From NCBI GenBank assembly GCA_009103225.1, contig RHPI01003369.1:975490-1039489 (forward strand): a DNA stretch of 64,000 nt, read 5' to 3'. Each line of letters begins with the position of its first letter. The stretch's first letter is position 1. The position numbers and the translations under genes are program-made. Source of the DNA: Chlorokybus atmophyticus. Taxonomy: Eukaryota > Plantae > Mesostigma and Chlorokybus algae. Shown one piece after another: positions 1 to 12,619 of the stretch. The notes beneath the pieces were generated by a model. The model saw only the letters and a list, made by a program, of their open reading frames with translations, did no database searches and was not told the DNA's origin.

Positions 1-949
1 GCCGCCTCCGCTTTTCCGCCGGGCACTAGTCTGCTAGCCCAGCTCCGGCAGGCACTTGCAATGCACGTGGGTCGTGCAGACGTTGTGAAGCTTCGCGAGG
101 TCAGGTGACTTGAAACAGCAGGTCAGGGCTGAAGCTTGGATATAGGCATGCCTCAGTCAATAACTGTCATGGGTGTTACTCAAGGCATGCAGCCTGCTGT
201 CTGTGGCCACAGTGGTGAAAACGGCACCGGCGTGCTGAGTCACGGCCTGTGCCTGCACGGACGGAGTCAACAGATGCCACGCCTTACGTTCACAACATGC
301 CATACAAGTTTCTACCATTCTAAGTAATACCAAATGTTGACACTTCATCTTAACTTCAATTTGACTTCAAATGTTGGATGCTACATGACCTGGACTAATA
401 CCTGCCACTCGTGCTTGCCTAAGTATACACGTTATCTACAGATATGTTTGGACAATTCCTTATGGTGACCACATGCATAGTGCATTGTTGTAATGCACTA
501 CATTTGCGCTTTGACTTTAAGTCTGCACATTGGTTATTATATATACCATTTAAACAGAGACTTTGTTTTCAAAAAATTCAACTATGACTCTATCACTTTA
601 GCGAATGATAACGCCGATGCAAAGACAATTTTGCAAATGCAATCTGCTCACATGACCTTATACACATGGCAACAATTATGTAATTGCAACATTTATATTA
701 TTGTTATAATTAGCGTGTGCATGAGTATTCGCACGCGTGAACACATTCACCTCATCAACACGAGTACATATATCTGATCAACGGGCTGTGCGCGCTCGAT
801 GAAGCTGCGTTGCATGAAGCACATACCCGGCCTCAAGCTGACAATGTGATGATGGATGTGTTTTCATAGCACCATGCTTGATGTGCGCGCGTGTGTGTAT
901 GTATGTGTGTGATGGTGGTGGTAGTGGTGGTGGTGGTGGTATGGGGGGT

Positions 950-1090
950 TGGCTTGTTGAAGCCAATCCTCACCCTGGCATAGCGCAACGTGTCGCGGTG
1001 TTGCGCCACTTGCAAGTTGTCAAGTGCGATTGGCATCACACGCCGAAACAGCTCCGCGCGCTTTGCCATCTCCTTCTCCCACACAGTGGN
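950..1090 (-). mobile_element. Fragment of a Ty3/gypsy retrotransposon pol C-terminus (downstream of integrase)
   Basis: ORF 833..1084(-) contains RAELFRRVMPIALDNLQVAQHRDTLRYARVR. The AQHRDTLRYA motif is typical of green-algal gypsy pol. The match breaks off into a (CAC)n microsatellite, and no RT, integrase core or LTR is seen. Confidence 0.7.
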
Positions 1091-1862
1091 TGTGTGTAAT
1101 CAATCTGCATATTTAACTACATGTGTGCGTTATGGGTTTTTATCCACACCTCACAAGTAATTGCATAATGTTAACACGTGTGCTGTAGTGCCTGCCGCTT
1201 GTGCGTTGTGTTGCAAGTTGTAATTTATAATCCTATTGCTTACTTGGCAGCGGCAACCGTTATCAGGCTCGCTAGATAGCATATAGGTGTGGCTCTTGTT
1301 ATTAAATTTGCAATTACTGCCACACAGCCGCTGCTCAGCGATAATTGATGTGTGTACCGTAGGTATAAAAAATTATTCATAGCAATGAGCATTTTAATAC
1401 GCAAACATGGGTTGATACGCAACATTCGTAGTGCAAGCACGGCACGGCAGCGTAACACACAACAACAATCTGAGGTTTTTCTTACTATATCGATGTCAAG
1501 CAAACAATTACCCCCGCGGCCTTCAAGCGCGAATGACACACAACAACAAATTGCGCATGTATAAGCAAGTAATAAACACGCTGATAGAAGCCGCTTAAGA
1601 GCCGTATGTTTGCGCGTTGTTTGCTGCCAACATAATACCAGTAGTCTAGGTAACTCCTGCCCACATTCGGAACTACCGTGATACAAAGCAACGCTCAGCT
1701 TTGTGCGCAGGTTCGCGCAGCATTCTGGTGGTGCAGTGACAAAGTGATGTGGAAAATGCATCACTGACAATGCAGCATTGTGCGCCGCCAAACAATGTTA
1801 ACGGGGCCTCATGCTTGTAAACGGGGCCTGATTCAAGAGCAAGCCCAGCTTTAGGGCTCAGC

Positions 1863-4800
1863 ATGGCGGCGGCGGCGGCGGCGGCGTGGGTGCGGGGGTC
1901 GTTCTGGGGCGAGGCGGTGTTGGCGCCTGCAGCTGCGGCTGCTACAACTGGAAGACGCAGGTGCAAAGGTCCATCTGGAGCGCGGTCGCCTGCCGTTGCG
2001 GCGGAGTGGCGGAGAGGCGGCGGCGAAGGCGGCGGCGGGTCTCAGAACAGGTTTGTGTTTTGTTGTGTGATGTTTGCAGTATGGCATTGTCAGTAGTAGT
2101 CAGCGAACAGTGTGCAGAGCCCCTTGTTTAGCAACCCTTTGGCAACCTCGTCATCCCGAATGCATTGGTTATGTGCTGCTGGCATTCAAGCCAATGGATG
2201 GTCAGAGCCACTACGTGTTTCAGTTGTGGCTTCGTGCTTGGTTTTTCACACGGCAATTGCTGTCATATGTGTGCTTGACCTCAGAATCCAGTTGTGCCCA
2301 GTGATTACATCGTTTAATAGGAAGAATTCGACACCACACCGTGGGATTACACAACGCAGAAATTTGTGATGAGGGCACAACTGTCTTTCCAGCCATGCTC
2401 ACATCCAAGTTCAGTGACACACTGGATGCTGTTGGTGTGGTGAGTTTCATGAGAACATGCCAATGAAGCCTGATAGACATAGCGCACTCGTGTTGTTCCT
2501 GCTTTGTGGTGCACTCGTGTCCCATGATTACAACAAGAGGAATCGACTCAATCATGGGATTCCAATATGCAGAAATTTGTGATGAGGACACGCAAATCGC
2601 TTTGCTTCTGGTTGTAGCTTTGCTACGTTGGGTTGTTGAACAATGCAACACAGCACGGTCTATAGCACAGGTGTCTGCCACCTCATGCGCATGCACGCAC
2701 GCACGCACGCACGCACGCACGCGCGCACACGCATGTACAAACACGTGTCCTGTGATTATAACAAGAGGAATCGACTCAACCATGGGATTCCATTATGCAG
2801 AAATTTGTGATGAGGACACACAAACATCTCATGCTTGCGCTTGCAGCTTTGTTACGCTATGTCACGCGAAACATGCACTGCCAGCGTTGCCACACACAGA
2901 CACGCGCACACACGCACACGCATTGTTTGCTTGCACGCAGTAATTTGATCTACATGTAGGACCCGGCGTGGCGAGAGTTCAAACACGTGGTCCTCCAGTG
3001 ACTATCAGCCCCCCACGCCTCGCGATGCAGGCGAGCACGCAGCGTCTTCCTCGCCATCCGAGCACGCCACTTCACGTTCCGGCAACCGGCCCTTCAACCC
3101 TCCCTCTCAACGGCGCGCACCGCGAGACAAACCCGCGGTGAGGAAAGCTGCAGTGGCGGCAAGAGGACCAACGTGTTACGGCTGCGGGGCCCCACTGCAG
3201 GTCGGTAAGAGAGAGTGAGACTGAGACAGAGTTGGACTTGAAAGTTGTGTGATGCCATCAAGCTGATGGACATGATAACCCTTTGTAGGTTGAGGATGGT
3301 GAAGCGCCTGGATTTGTCAAAGCTGAGGTGTATCAGCAGGTTAGCAACTGTGTCATGCAGCAACATGCTACTGATGATGTTGATATTGTTGATGACCGTG
3401 CACAGTTACTCGCCTCTAATCCAATTTTTGGGTTCATCAGAAGCAGCAGCACCATCAGCTTGGGTCGATCCTGTGCGGTCGTTGCACGCGACTGTGTCAC
3501 GGCGAGCTGGTGCCGGCGGTGGGGGGTCACGGGGGCCACGGGAGCGCAAACTCCAAGACGTTCGTGACGGCGGAACAGCTCAGAGAGCAGCTGCTGCACC
3601 TGAAGAACTCCAAAGCGCTGATTGTCAAGCTGGTAAGCGCGGGATCTACACAGTTGATGTTTTGGCAAAAGCATATGTTCACTTGAGGTGTATGCAGTAC
3701 AGTAGGGTCTCTGTTGACTGCAAGCATACATACAGTGCGTGCGTGCCCTACGATAGGATCTGTTGACTGCAAGCACACATGCACTGCGTTTCTGTGTCCG
3801 CATGCGCATGCGTGCGTGCGTGCGACTAAACGGCAGCTGCTTCACCATACAGCCTGCAACAAATGAGCACAAACAACCTGTCTCGCTGCATTTTCAGCAA
3901 GTGTGGTATTTGTGCTGGGTGATGACTGTGGGTCCGCAGGTGGATTTGACGGACTTCCACGGCAGTTTTGTTACCCGGGTGCGGGACATCGTCGGCGCCA
4001 ACCCGATTCTTCTGGTTGGCACAAAGGCCGATCTGTTGCCGCGCGAGGCTGATCTGCATGAAGTAGAGAACTGGGCTTTAGAGGTAGGCTGCTGCTGTCA
4101 TACTGCACTAACTCAGTGCTTGTCAACCCACTCACATCATGTTTGTCTCAGGTGGTCAGGCGGAAGAAGCTTAATGTGGTTGACGTGAGACTTGTGAGTG
4201 CCAAGACGGGCATGGGGATGGAACAGATTGCTCGTATGATAACTACCGAACGGCAAGGGCGAGACGTGTACATCCTCGGCGCTGCAAATGCCGGTGAGAC
4301 AAAGTTTGCAAGCAATTGCAATTGCACCTAAGTGTACTCGCTTGTCTTATGCCTTCTTATTGGCAGGCAAATCTGCTTTTGTGCACGCTTTGTTGAAGGA
4401 CCTTGCCAAGCGTGACCCTGCGGCCATCGCGGCATCCAAGCGCCAACCTGTCCAGTCCGCTATGCCCGGCACGACGTTGGGTCCCATTGCAATTGACGCC
4501 TTCGGCACAGGCAGCGTACGCAATGTGTGTTTGTGTAATTCCTGTGCATCAGAAAATAACATCAGGTCCAATGCAGAAACTGTATGATACTCCCGGACTT
4601 CATCTGCACCATCGGCTAGCGACCGCCCTCACCGTCGACGAGCTGCAGTTCCTCGTGCCGCGCGGGCGATTCGCTGGCGTGTCGGTTGGAGACAACCTCG
4701 CCGGCACGACGTATCTATGGAGCGGTGTGGTTCGCGTAGACGTCATCAAGGTGGGACAGAGAAGTCTATTGAGACTGGTTAGTTGCAGACTATCATTTGA

Positions 4801-5456
4801 TGTATGTATGGTACAGGCGCCACCATCAGTCGAGCTGACTTTCTTCGGGCCCGATGCACTACCGATCAAAAACGTGCGCACTGAACATGTTGAAGCCGTG
4901 CTTCAGGTACACGCAAACTCATACCCAGACGCGCGCACGCGCGCACACATAAACACATACACGCACATACGTACACGCACACACATATGTGCACGCACCC
5001 ATGCACACACACGTACACGCACCTCACTACTACAACGCAATCACCCCCTCACCCTCCCTCCCCACCCTTCAGGAGGAAGGCGGCACGACCCTCGTCCCTC
5101 CCCTCGGCCCCTCCCGCTACTCCTCCCTCTCCATCTCCCCCGTCCGCGACGTCTCCCTCCTTTTACCGGAAGTCTCCAACGCCCCCGCCGCGGACGTCGC
5201 AATCTCCGGTCTCGGGTGGATACGCGTCGGGAGCGTACGGAGCGGGAGGGACAGACGGGTCGATAATGAAGTGGTATTGAGAGTGTGGGCGCCGAAAGGG
5301 GTGGAGGTTTTCTTGAGAGAACCGATGCCGGTGGAAGGGTTGGGTGGGGTGATTAACAATGAGAAGTCCTTTAGGCCAGCGAGGCGTGAACAAGAACGGC
5401 AACAACAGGTGAGTAGTGAGCAACCTGCGTACAGGACACGTGCGAGTAGGTGGTGA
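1863..5456 (+). CDS. NOA1: NOA1/RIF1 (YqeH-family) circularly permuted GTPase, multi-exon, with transit-peptide-like N-terminus
   Basis: Spliced reconstruction: exon 1 1863-2050; CYGCGAPLQ (~3174) and LCGRCTRLCHG (~3470) zinc motifs; VDLTDFHGSF and LVGTKADLLP (G4); VSAK (G5); GAANA|GKS (G1 split by an intron at ~4293/4367); MPGTTLG (G2); YDTPG (G3); ADVAISGLGW. GT-AG junctions are consistent. The 3' end is approximate. Confidence 0.92.
2301..2824. repeat. Three diverged copies of a ~75 bp unit inside NOA1 intron 1
   Basis: Copies at ~2301-2380, ~2524-2596 and ~2752-2824 share gattacaacaagaggaatcgactcaa..atgggattcca..atgcagaaatttgtgatgaggaca. Copies 2 and 3 are near-identical. Confidence 0.85.
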
Positions 5457-5949
5457 TGTGTGTACATAGAGCTGAGTAGTAGTAGTTCTAGTAGCCTGTT
5501 ATTCTCCTATTGAGTAGTGCAGCTGTGTCTGTTTATAACGTGTTTTGGGTCTGGTTACTTCAGCTTTGATGTGCGCTCGATTGTGCGCGATGTTATATGA
5601 TGCGTGGTGCCGAGCGGCAATCAGTCAACCTTCTTGCGCGAGTGAGTGCCTTTGTTGCATGTGTCATATTCGTTCTAGCACCATGCGGGAAGCACGCAGC
5701 AAGATGTGGCGGATAACTTCCTAAACCAGCCATCATGTAGCAAGATTAATGGGTAGTATTGACACAGGTCGGAAAGAAAGAGAATGCACCCTTAATGTGC
5801 TGTCATTCTTGTACTATTCAGTCAATGTGTATGAATGAGAAGCACGCTGCATGATCCCGAGTACGCGCACTTGGGCACAAAAGAGTACTGACATGTTACA
5901 AGTTATGAACAAGGCCAAACAAGGCAAGGTCGGTGCCTAAGACGACTCC

Positions 5950-8900
5950 TTAGTCCTCATCAGACTCGATGTGAAACACTTTAGCAGCCGCCTTATTGAG
6001 GTGCTCCTCGACGGCAGCTCGTTCTTCCGCAGGATCATAAACATCATCCTCACCGTCCTCTTCTCCCTCGTCGTCGTGATGTCGGGTGCGCGTGCGAGTC
6101 ATGTTGTTACGAGCTTTGGAGTCCGTGCGGGACTGCCGCCGAGACAACTCCACCATCAACGCGTCGTGTTGCGCGTCACTCAGACCCTGCGCAAGGTGAA
6201 GCAGTCAAGCAATGACGCAGTAGTCATCTTGCTGCGTGACACGCTGATGCACGCATATACTTACACAAGCGCGCACGTGCAAACACGCACACATGTTCAA
6301 GCGCACGCACTCACGCGCACGCCCATGCCGTGTGCATGCGCATGCACTCACGCCAACATGTACATCCCAAACCCACTCACCTTTGCATTCTTCGCCACCC
6401 CACAAGTAGCCATCTCCTCCCGCACCTTCTCTTCCAGCACGGCCGCGACCCGCGCGCGCGTGACGTGGAATGGCTCCTCCACAATGTCATCGCGCAGGGG
6501 GGCGGTGGACGGCGACGAAGGCGCTGAGGCTGATGATGAGACGCTGTCGTCGGAGGATGAAGGAGGAGTGATATTCGCCGGAGCCTTGCCTTTGCTCTTG
6601 GCGGCCTCAATGGGTACACCTGAACGTGTGTACGTGTCGGTGAGTGCGTGTGTTGTGTTGTGAAGCAATAGGACGTTGTAGATTACGACAGGCTACGTGT
6701 ATGTGTGGGTGAGTGTGTTCACTATCGTGTGAAGTCATAGGACTTGCGTCTATTGACCATAGCCATGATCAAAAGACGCAACAAAGTATAATTGCTTCAC
6801 TCAGACACAATCACCCACAGACACAACTCTGCGCTACTACTCACCATCTCTCCTCTTGCTCTCCTCCCATCTCTTGCCATACTCGGTCTCCTCGTCACGC
6901 ACGCGCATAAGTGGAGCTCCTCCGTGCTTCTGCTGGTGTATCTCCCTCTCCCTCTCCCGGTCGTTCTCGGTCCGCTCCTCCAGCAGGCGAAGCAGCTGCT
7001 CATTCTGAGCGCGGAGATGGGCAACGTCCGACGTGAGGGCCGCAAGCTGGACCTGGGGGTGGGGATGCAGTCAGTATATGTGTCCATGCGTGCATGTGCG
7101 TGTGTGTGTCCTTGTTAGCTGTCACTTGTAAACTCACATTTAGAGCAGCCACTTGGGGATTCGGCAGGCTCGCAGACTCAGCTACCAACTGAATGGACTT
7201 GTGTTCTTCTGCTGCTGCTGCTGCTACTGCCTTGGCTGCTGCCAGTTCCTCCTCCAGCCCCTCAATCTTGGCCTACACACAACAAGGGAGTAAAGTTGTC
7301 AATGTTTGTATGTTGTCACACTGTATGTGTATATTATCACATGTCATGCAGCCAGTACCTTGTATTCAGCGTCGCGGGCGTGTGAGAAGTCGGCAACGGC
7401 GTCCATCTGCTGGGCGTGGGCGGCCTCGAGCCTCGCGCGCGCCTCCTCAACTGCAGCCTCAACCGCCTCAGCGACCTCACCCGCACCGTAACGCCCCGCA
7501 ACCTCCTGCACAACAACAACAGTTGCTGCATGAGTACTTTCACCAACATGATTGTCACAAACACACGCACGCGTAGTTCTTACTTGTGCTGCGTTGTCGG
7601 CGGCGTCGAGGGCGCGCTTGGCATCCACTCTGAGTGCTCTTGCGTACTGCTGCCACGCTGCGAGGGCTCCTCTTAGCTGCTCGTTGTTGGCCGACAGCGC
7701 ATTCTGCATGTGCGTGTTGTGTCAACAAACGACAGTGTGACGATATATGCATGTGCGTTGGTGTGGGGTGGGGTGTTGTGGGTATGGGCTTACTTGCACG
7801 TAGAGGAGGTACTCTAGCATCAGCTGCGCGAGCTTGATTACGCGCACAAATGTGGCAGTGTTGTTGTTGTTGTTGTTGTTGTTGCCGTTTGCGTCGACAT
7901 CCCCCCCAAGCTCGCCCTCGACGTCGCCGAAGGCAACCGTCTCCAGCGCGGCCTCCAACCCTGCAACACTACCGATAAGCATCGCACACGTACACAGGCA
8001 CGCAGGCACATCCAAACCCACACCCACACCCACGCGCATGCGCACGCGCACACCGATACACACACCCCATGCTCATATCAAACCCCAAGAGAGATAACCC
8101 CCGTGCCACACCCATCGCCATCTCCCTACCAGCGATGTCGGTGTTTCTGGCAATGGCGTCCGGGTCCGCCCCCGCGATGACGCGCCAGTCCAGGGGCCGC
8201 CTCCTCCTCGTCTCGAACGCGAATGCCGCTGCGGCCGCCGCGGGTTGCTGCGGGGCTGAAGGAGGGGGAGGGGGAGGGGAGGGACGCGCGGGGAGGGTGC
8301 GGGGCTTGGAGAGGGGAGAGTCTGATGTGGGGAGACACACACAAACGACAACGTCAAGATACCAACGTTCGTATTCAGTATGCATGCATCGTGATGAGAC
8401 AATTGATAGAGGTGAGCTGGACAGGGGGAAGAGAGTGAGTTGGTGGGTGGTGGACATCGTTGTGGTGGTAGTTGTATTGGTATGCACGTTGTTTTGTTAT
8501 TGTTGTCGTTGTTGGTGGTAATAATGGTGTTGCATGTGTGCGTGTGCGCTTGCGTGTGTAGTGCCTAGTGCACCTGCTCTTTCATTGCGTGCGTGTACGC
8601 ATCTGCGTGCGTGCGTACGTGCTTACCTCTTTGCGTGTAGGTTGCAGACTTGAGGTTCCTCTCCTGATGCGGCCACGTACTGGACCGCAGCCCTCCCTCC
8701 CTCTCCCTCTCCCTTTCCTTCCCTCCGTACTCGTTCCCCACATACGTCGGCGTCCCCTTACCACCGTTACTATTATACTTCCCATCCGGCGTATACGTAA
8801 CCCCATTCCTATTCTTCCGCTGCTGGCTGTCGTTGTAAGCGCGCCAGGTCGCGATGTCGGACAGCTCGCCGTTCACGGGCCAAGGAAGCATGGTCGCCGT

Positions 8901-8969
8901 CGGCCAGGTCGGAGTGCGCATACCTGATGCTGCAGGTGGAGCTGTGGGCGTCCGCATCTTCAGGGTCAT
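5950..8969 (-). CDS. DZIP1: DZIP1/Iguana-like protein (Dzip-like N-terminal domain plus coiled coil), multi-exon
   Basis: Exons give FAFETRRRRPLDWRVIAGADPDAIARNTDIA|ALEAALETVAFGDVEGE...FVRVIKLAQLMLEYLLYVQ, matching the Dzip-like_N pattern, followed by coiled-coil exons. Stop TAA at 5950. The start codon is uncertain and could lie near 9170. Confidence 0.8.
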
Positions 8970-9701
8970 GGTGGAGGTGTGCAATATATAAGCAACACAC
9001 CCGCACACTCAGCAAGCAATGAGGCTTTGTGTACGACAAGAAGCAAGCCTAAGTTGTTGTTGTTGTTGTTGTCGTGTTTCCCATCCTTGTGTGCCACACA
9101 TGGCAGCCAAAGCCCTCGCACCGCCGCCGCCGCCGCCGCCGCCGCCGTCTCCGCGAGGTTGTCCACGTGAGCAGCCGAGCAAAATTTCTTGGCGCACTAA
9201 CGCACGAAAATCAGCGCCCAACGCCTATTTCAGGCGCACGTGACTTGATGTCATCAACTGTCTCACAAAGTAACGTTAGATCTCCAGTTGTTCAAAATGC
9301 CCGGCTGCGGATCTTTGGCTAGCGCACATCGTGCGACACCCTAAAGTCGACACCAATCGTCCGATCAGATCGCTCAACGGCTATGGCCTTGCTTAGGCCA
9401 CAAACACGGATAAGATCCGCCGCTGACACGTGGCGCAGCGGCGACAGCGGCGGCGTTGGCGACGGTGTCGTTGTCGCTGAGGTCGTCGGTGTAGTCATTG
9501 TGGTGTGGATAAGTGCTGGTGCCGATTGCTGTTTGGCGGCGCCTTCGCCTCGCCCGGAGCGCTGAGGGGTCTGAGCAGATCTGAACACACACTCAACCAA
9601 CCCTAAAAGCCTGGCCAGGTGGTAAGTTACTAAAAGCTTCAGGCGGGCGGCGGCGGAGGCGAAGCAGGAGGAGGAGGTGGAGAAGGAGAAGGAGCAGGGA
9701 G

Positions 9702-11026
9702 ATGGAGACTAGTTTGAGGATAGACAGCAAGACGAGGCGACTCAGGCTCGCTGCGAAAGAGAGCTTCATATCGGACGACAACGTGGCGCTGACGCTGGCG
9801 GGATCGCTCGACACAACGGACGCAAGCTGGACAGCCAAAGCATCCCTACGCAAAAAGTTCTTCCCAAAGGTACGGATTGTTGTTTATGCACCGCTGGTTG
9901 TTGCATGCTTGTATGATTTTGCATTGAATCATGCATGCATTCACTCGTTCTGTCGTGCATACATGCATTTATGCATTTGTCCATTCACCCCACCCATTCC
10001 ACCCATGCATGAATTCATCTAGTTATGTGCATGTGTCAGTTTGTTCAATGACGACTCGTGCATCGAAGTATGTTCTCTTCCCAAGTATTTGCATTCAATC
10101 ATGAGCAGTTTCAAGTTTGTGTCAGCAGCCGCATGTCATGCACGGACCAAAGCATTAGTGAATTGCTCAAGAGTACCACCAAGCAGCTCGCTTCTCAGAA
10201 GTCATTGGTGATTGCACGTGTCACCAAGTATTGGAACGCAATCACAAGCGAGGAGTGTCACAATGAGTGCGTGCGCATGGCTGGCACTGTGGGCCTAGCA
10301 CTCTACGCCAAACAGTTGTATGTTGTCTTTTACCCTTTTGTTTGAGACATGCCAGTTGTCATGTGCAGAGTGCGCATGATTGCATCCTCTTTTTTGTGCA
10401 TGGTGTGCACCTCATATGTTTCACTTGTAGTCAAATGTTAGAGCTCGCGCTTGCTCACACCTTCTGTTGTCCATGGACACGCGTACCCACTGATCCACGC
10501 ACAACGCAAATACTTTCCTCGAGCACATGCCTGCACCACACATGCACGGCTTGCCTGCCCATGCAGCTTGTGGATCGTGCCACACCTCTTGATGACACCT
10601 GTGGTGTAGCAAAGTGGAAGCCATGCAATCAAATGCACGACCTGTCCATCTCACTTGTTGGGTGTGCGTGTATTGTGTTACCAGACTGGTGTGACGCGCG
10701 TTGACGTCGGCGCTCGTTACGACACCGAGACCGAGGAGGTCGTTTACGGCGTGGAGGCCTTGAAGAACTTTGAGATCTCCGAGGACGGTCTCTTGAGCGT
10801 CGCCGTGAAGGGCGGTTACGACTTCAGCGTGGGTCGCAAGTCCGGTCGACCCAAGGCATGCGTGGAACTGACGCAGAAGATATTCAACTTCACAGAGGAC
10901 CAGGACCTGAAGATTAAGCTGGGGTACGACCTGGCGGCGAGGTATCCCTATGCGGAGATACGAGAGAACAACTGGACGTTCAACACGGACTTTCGCACAT
11001 TCTGGGGAGTTGTGTATGACCTATGA
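9702..11026 (+). CDS. OEP21: Chloroplast outer envelope pore protein OEP21-like, 2 exons (9702-9869, ~10685-11026)
   Basis: Begins METSLR and contains LRLAAKE. Ends DQDLKIKLGYD...PYAEIRENNWTFN...WGVVYDL*, matching the plant OEP21 pattern. Confidence 0.85.
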
Positions 11027-11539
11027 GAGCGCTGAGGTGTTGATAGCGGCACAAAGAATAGTGGGTTGCAACGCTCCATTGTCGAACGACTGTTGTTGGG
11101 GCGCATTGAAACGGGGCTAGATATCTTTTTTTTGTTGTTGTTAGGCACAATACGCGTTGCTGTGCACATGTGCTGTTGAAGCCTCTGCTGCTTGGACTGT
11201 GCCTCTTACGCGCTCAGACATTGACAGTTGCTTTTCCGGCAAACAAAGCAGTGCTTCAATGGGACCAAGGACTAGATTTTTGGCGTGAGGACGCTTGTGT
11301 GGATGTGTGTACATACATGTACAGAAAATGCAACCGACGTTAGAGCACCAAAGGCAGTCATGTGCACAATCATGCTCACAGACACACTCTCAAGATACCA
11401 AGCCTATGCATTGCACATAAGACTCAAACCCCTTGGTAAACATAGTGTGTTTGTGGTGCTTTGTGTTTGAATTGCTTTGTATTGCTTGCTGTGGAAATTC
11501 TCTTGCCTGTGATCCTTTGGCTCCTCTACACTACTACAT

Positions 11540-11578
<39 letters not shown>

Positions 11579-12619
11579 AAGTGGCAGCAACGTATTGCGT
11601 GTGCATGGCTATTCCATGTTACACTAACTCAATTCAACGCAAACAAGGTAGGGACTGACCCAAATCCTTTTAGACCACACTGGCAAGCAATTTGCAGCGC
11701 GGAGTTGAACAACACTGCCAGCAATAATGGACATTACAAAGCATGCATCTGCATGCGCCGAATACACGCGCGCGCGCAAACGCACATACGTGTGTTTGGC
11801 TTGATACATGGACAATAACGAGGGCACACAACACTGGACATGCAAAGCACACTGTCTTGGTTCCTGATGCAACTGACATCCACATGCAAGCTTGGGTGCA
11901 AGGACCAGACAAAGCGCTGTAGCAATGCACCTTTGCTGCTTGCATTGCCGGTCTTGATGTCAAGTGTTTCTAAACTCACATGCAAGCGAGGGGCTTGCTG
12001 CACACTGTGTCATCGACATCGTAGTCAACTGTCAACAACCCCACTTTTACAGCCAGAATCTGCAGAGCAGCGATGTCATGCTCGCTGCTTCGTCCATCAC
12101 ATCAACCCTGCGTACGCCATCACCAATGTCACATGCATGCAGAACTACATGTTGCCGCATGACCTCAGAACAAGCACCAAGACCTGACCTCGGCACATCA
12201 TGTCAACTTTGGCGATGCCTGGGGCTACGTGTTCATCCCAGCTGTTGGCGACCTGACATGCATCCATTGCCTGATGGTGCTTACAGATCCTAGCATGCCT
12301 ATAGACACTGTAACAACCACAGCATACCTGCCTGAAGAGCACTGAATGACAGAATTTGGGTAGGTCTCCGACGCAGGCGCTGATTGGTCAGTCAATGCTC
12401 AGCCATCCATGTGCTGTTGGCTCAGCCAGTCTCCATGTTGACTGCTCCTGCATGTCGACAGGAAGCAACAATCACACCTCCTGAAGGCAACTGACTCAAC
12501 CATGCAGCTCTAACACACAAAGAGCAATCACCGTAGTCAATAGTTCATATGTGTCACAAACCTGAGGCGTTGTCACTGGAAAGGGCAGACTGCAGCGCCT
12601 GGAGCCGAGCTTGACGCTC

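Noticed and set aside
2524-2783. ESIPLVIITG resembling the acetolactate synthase SIPLVxITG motif
   Set aside because: It lies within an intronic repeat with in-frame stops in some copies, and no other TPP-enzyme motifs are nearby.
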